From the NCBI RefSeq assembly GCF_009834535.1, contig NC_045697.1, positions 28,584,001 to 28,648,000 on the forward strand: DNA of 64,000 nucleotides, written 5' to 3'. Below are positions 62,914 through 64,000 of the stretch, one piece after another. Source of the DNA: Camelus ferus. Taxonomy: Eukaryota. Position numbers and translations under genes: made by a program. The notes under the pieces were generated by a model. The model was not told the origin of the DNA and ran no database searches. It was given only the letters and a program-made list of their open reading frames with translations. Position 1 is the stretch's first letter. Each line of letters starts with the position of its first letter.

Positions 62914-63028
62914 GGGGGTGGGTATAACTCAGAGGTAGTGTGTGTGCCTAGCAGTCACGAGGTCCTAGGTTCAATCCCCAGTATTTCCATTTAAAAAAAT
63001 AAACCTAATTAACCAAAATTAAAAAAAC
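62914..63028 (+). mobile_element. tRNA-Ala-derived SINE (vic-1-like)
   Basis: gggggtgggtataactcagaggtag...ggttcaatccccagta; TSD aaattattttc (62900-62910, 63029-63039). Confidence 0.88.
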
Positions 63029-63519
63029 AAATTATTTTCCACCTAAATTTTCATTCAGCAATCATTAGGATGGAATAAAACCTTTTTTTTTTTTTAAATT
63101 TCAAGATTCAGAAATGTTACTTATACATACCATTTTAAGAAGTTGCTTGTAGATGTGCTGTGGCAAATTGGAGTAGTATATCAAGAAATAAAGATACTTG
63201 AGGCCAAAGAGATAGTTGATCTAATCTAGGGAAGAAATACAGGAACGACTCATGATGACAACACAAAAAGAAACCAGCTTTATTGGAGCAATACAGAGGG
63301 CTTTGGGAGGGAGGAATCTTAGAAAAGAGGACTTGGTAAAATACTCAGTATGGAGACAGATTGTCCTATATCATGACCTCATTAATTCTTTCCATGTGAG
63401 CGGGGCCCCTGGAGTTGTACAGTTCATGTCCTGCCTGGATGGAGCAACTAGCAATGCACAAGAGAAAGACAAGTGTAAACCCACGGTAATAGGATTAGCG
63501 AACATGTTTTGGCTGTACA

Positions 63520-63720
63520 GTAAGTACCTGTTCTATGTACTTTCACATGTACTAATTTATTTAATCTGATTTTACAACAACCCTGTAGATCCTCTGCTCA
63601 TTTTACACATGAGGAAATGGGCAGAAAGTTTAAATAAATTGCTCCAAGTTAACACAGCTAGGAAGTGCCTTATTCAGGGTGTGAACTCCAGTATGGCTGC
63701 ATAGCTAGTACTCTTAGCTA
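63520..63720 (-). mobile_element. MIR SINE
   Basis: acaacaaccctgta...cattttaca...gaggaaa...acacagctag. Confidence 0.7.
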
Positions 63721-64000
63721 ATTTTCCATAGGTCCTCTCAAAACAAAAAATACAGTAGTTAAAATACGCAACTTGGTACTTCATGAACAACTTTTGCAAG
63801 GCAGTTAACACTGATGATTGATTTAACCAAATGTAGTGATAAATCTGTATTGCAAGATTTGAGGGGTACCTCTTAGAATGTCAGATTTTCCTCTTCAGAG
63901 CCTTTTGTAGATATATCCAAATTTTTTATATTAAGAAATAATATTCAAATCATATTGGAAATATGGCACATATCCGGAGAAACAATTGAGAAAGCTTGTC

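Noticed and set aside
366..63569. All ORFs in the supplied six-frame track
   Set aside because: They are short, low-complexity or L1-derived, and many start at TTG/GTG. None corresponds to the real spliced exons; 48091-48420 merely overlaps the last exon on the opposite strand.
53000..64000. 3' end of the neighbouring gene (PDS5A in human synteny)
   Set aside because: No recognisable exons; it probably lies beyond the window.
1..64000. CRISPR arrays, operons, prokaryotic defence systems, or a CpG-island promoter
   Set aside because: This is eukaryotic intron-rich DNA with no regularly spaced repeats and no CpG island; UBE2K exon 1 and its promoter lie upstream.

Overview
AT-rich, CpG-depleted mammalian genomic DNA, most likely camelid: it carries seven copies of a tRNA-Ala(AGC)-derived SINE resembling vic-1. 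The window holds the 3' part of one protein-coding gene on the + strand, UBE2K (E2-25K/HIP2). Coding exons 2-7 lie at 25265-25358, 29591-29649, 37840-37922, 45219-45318, 47869-47997 and 48321-48395, and splice in frame to residues T22-N200. Exon 1 lies upstream of the window, and a 3' UTR of about 4.5 kb ends near 52.9 kb. The rest is intronic or intergenic DNA dense in L1, L2, MIR, DNA-transposon MITEs and SINEs. None of the supplied ORFs is a real gene. I found no convincing novel multi-gene system. The best second-look items are: a GC-AG intron; an unidentified retroposed polyadenylated fragment with a perfect 16-bp target-site duplication (TSD); a short L1 3' transduction; a hairpin with a degenerate hammerhead-like core in intron 3; a candidate poison exon; inverted repeats bracketing the frame-neutral exon 2-3 block; and clustered 3' UTR regulatory motifs. 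Repeat family names and the boundaries of old repeats are from recognition by eye and are approximate.
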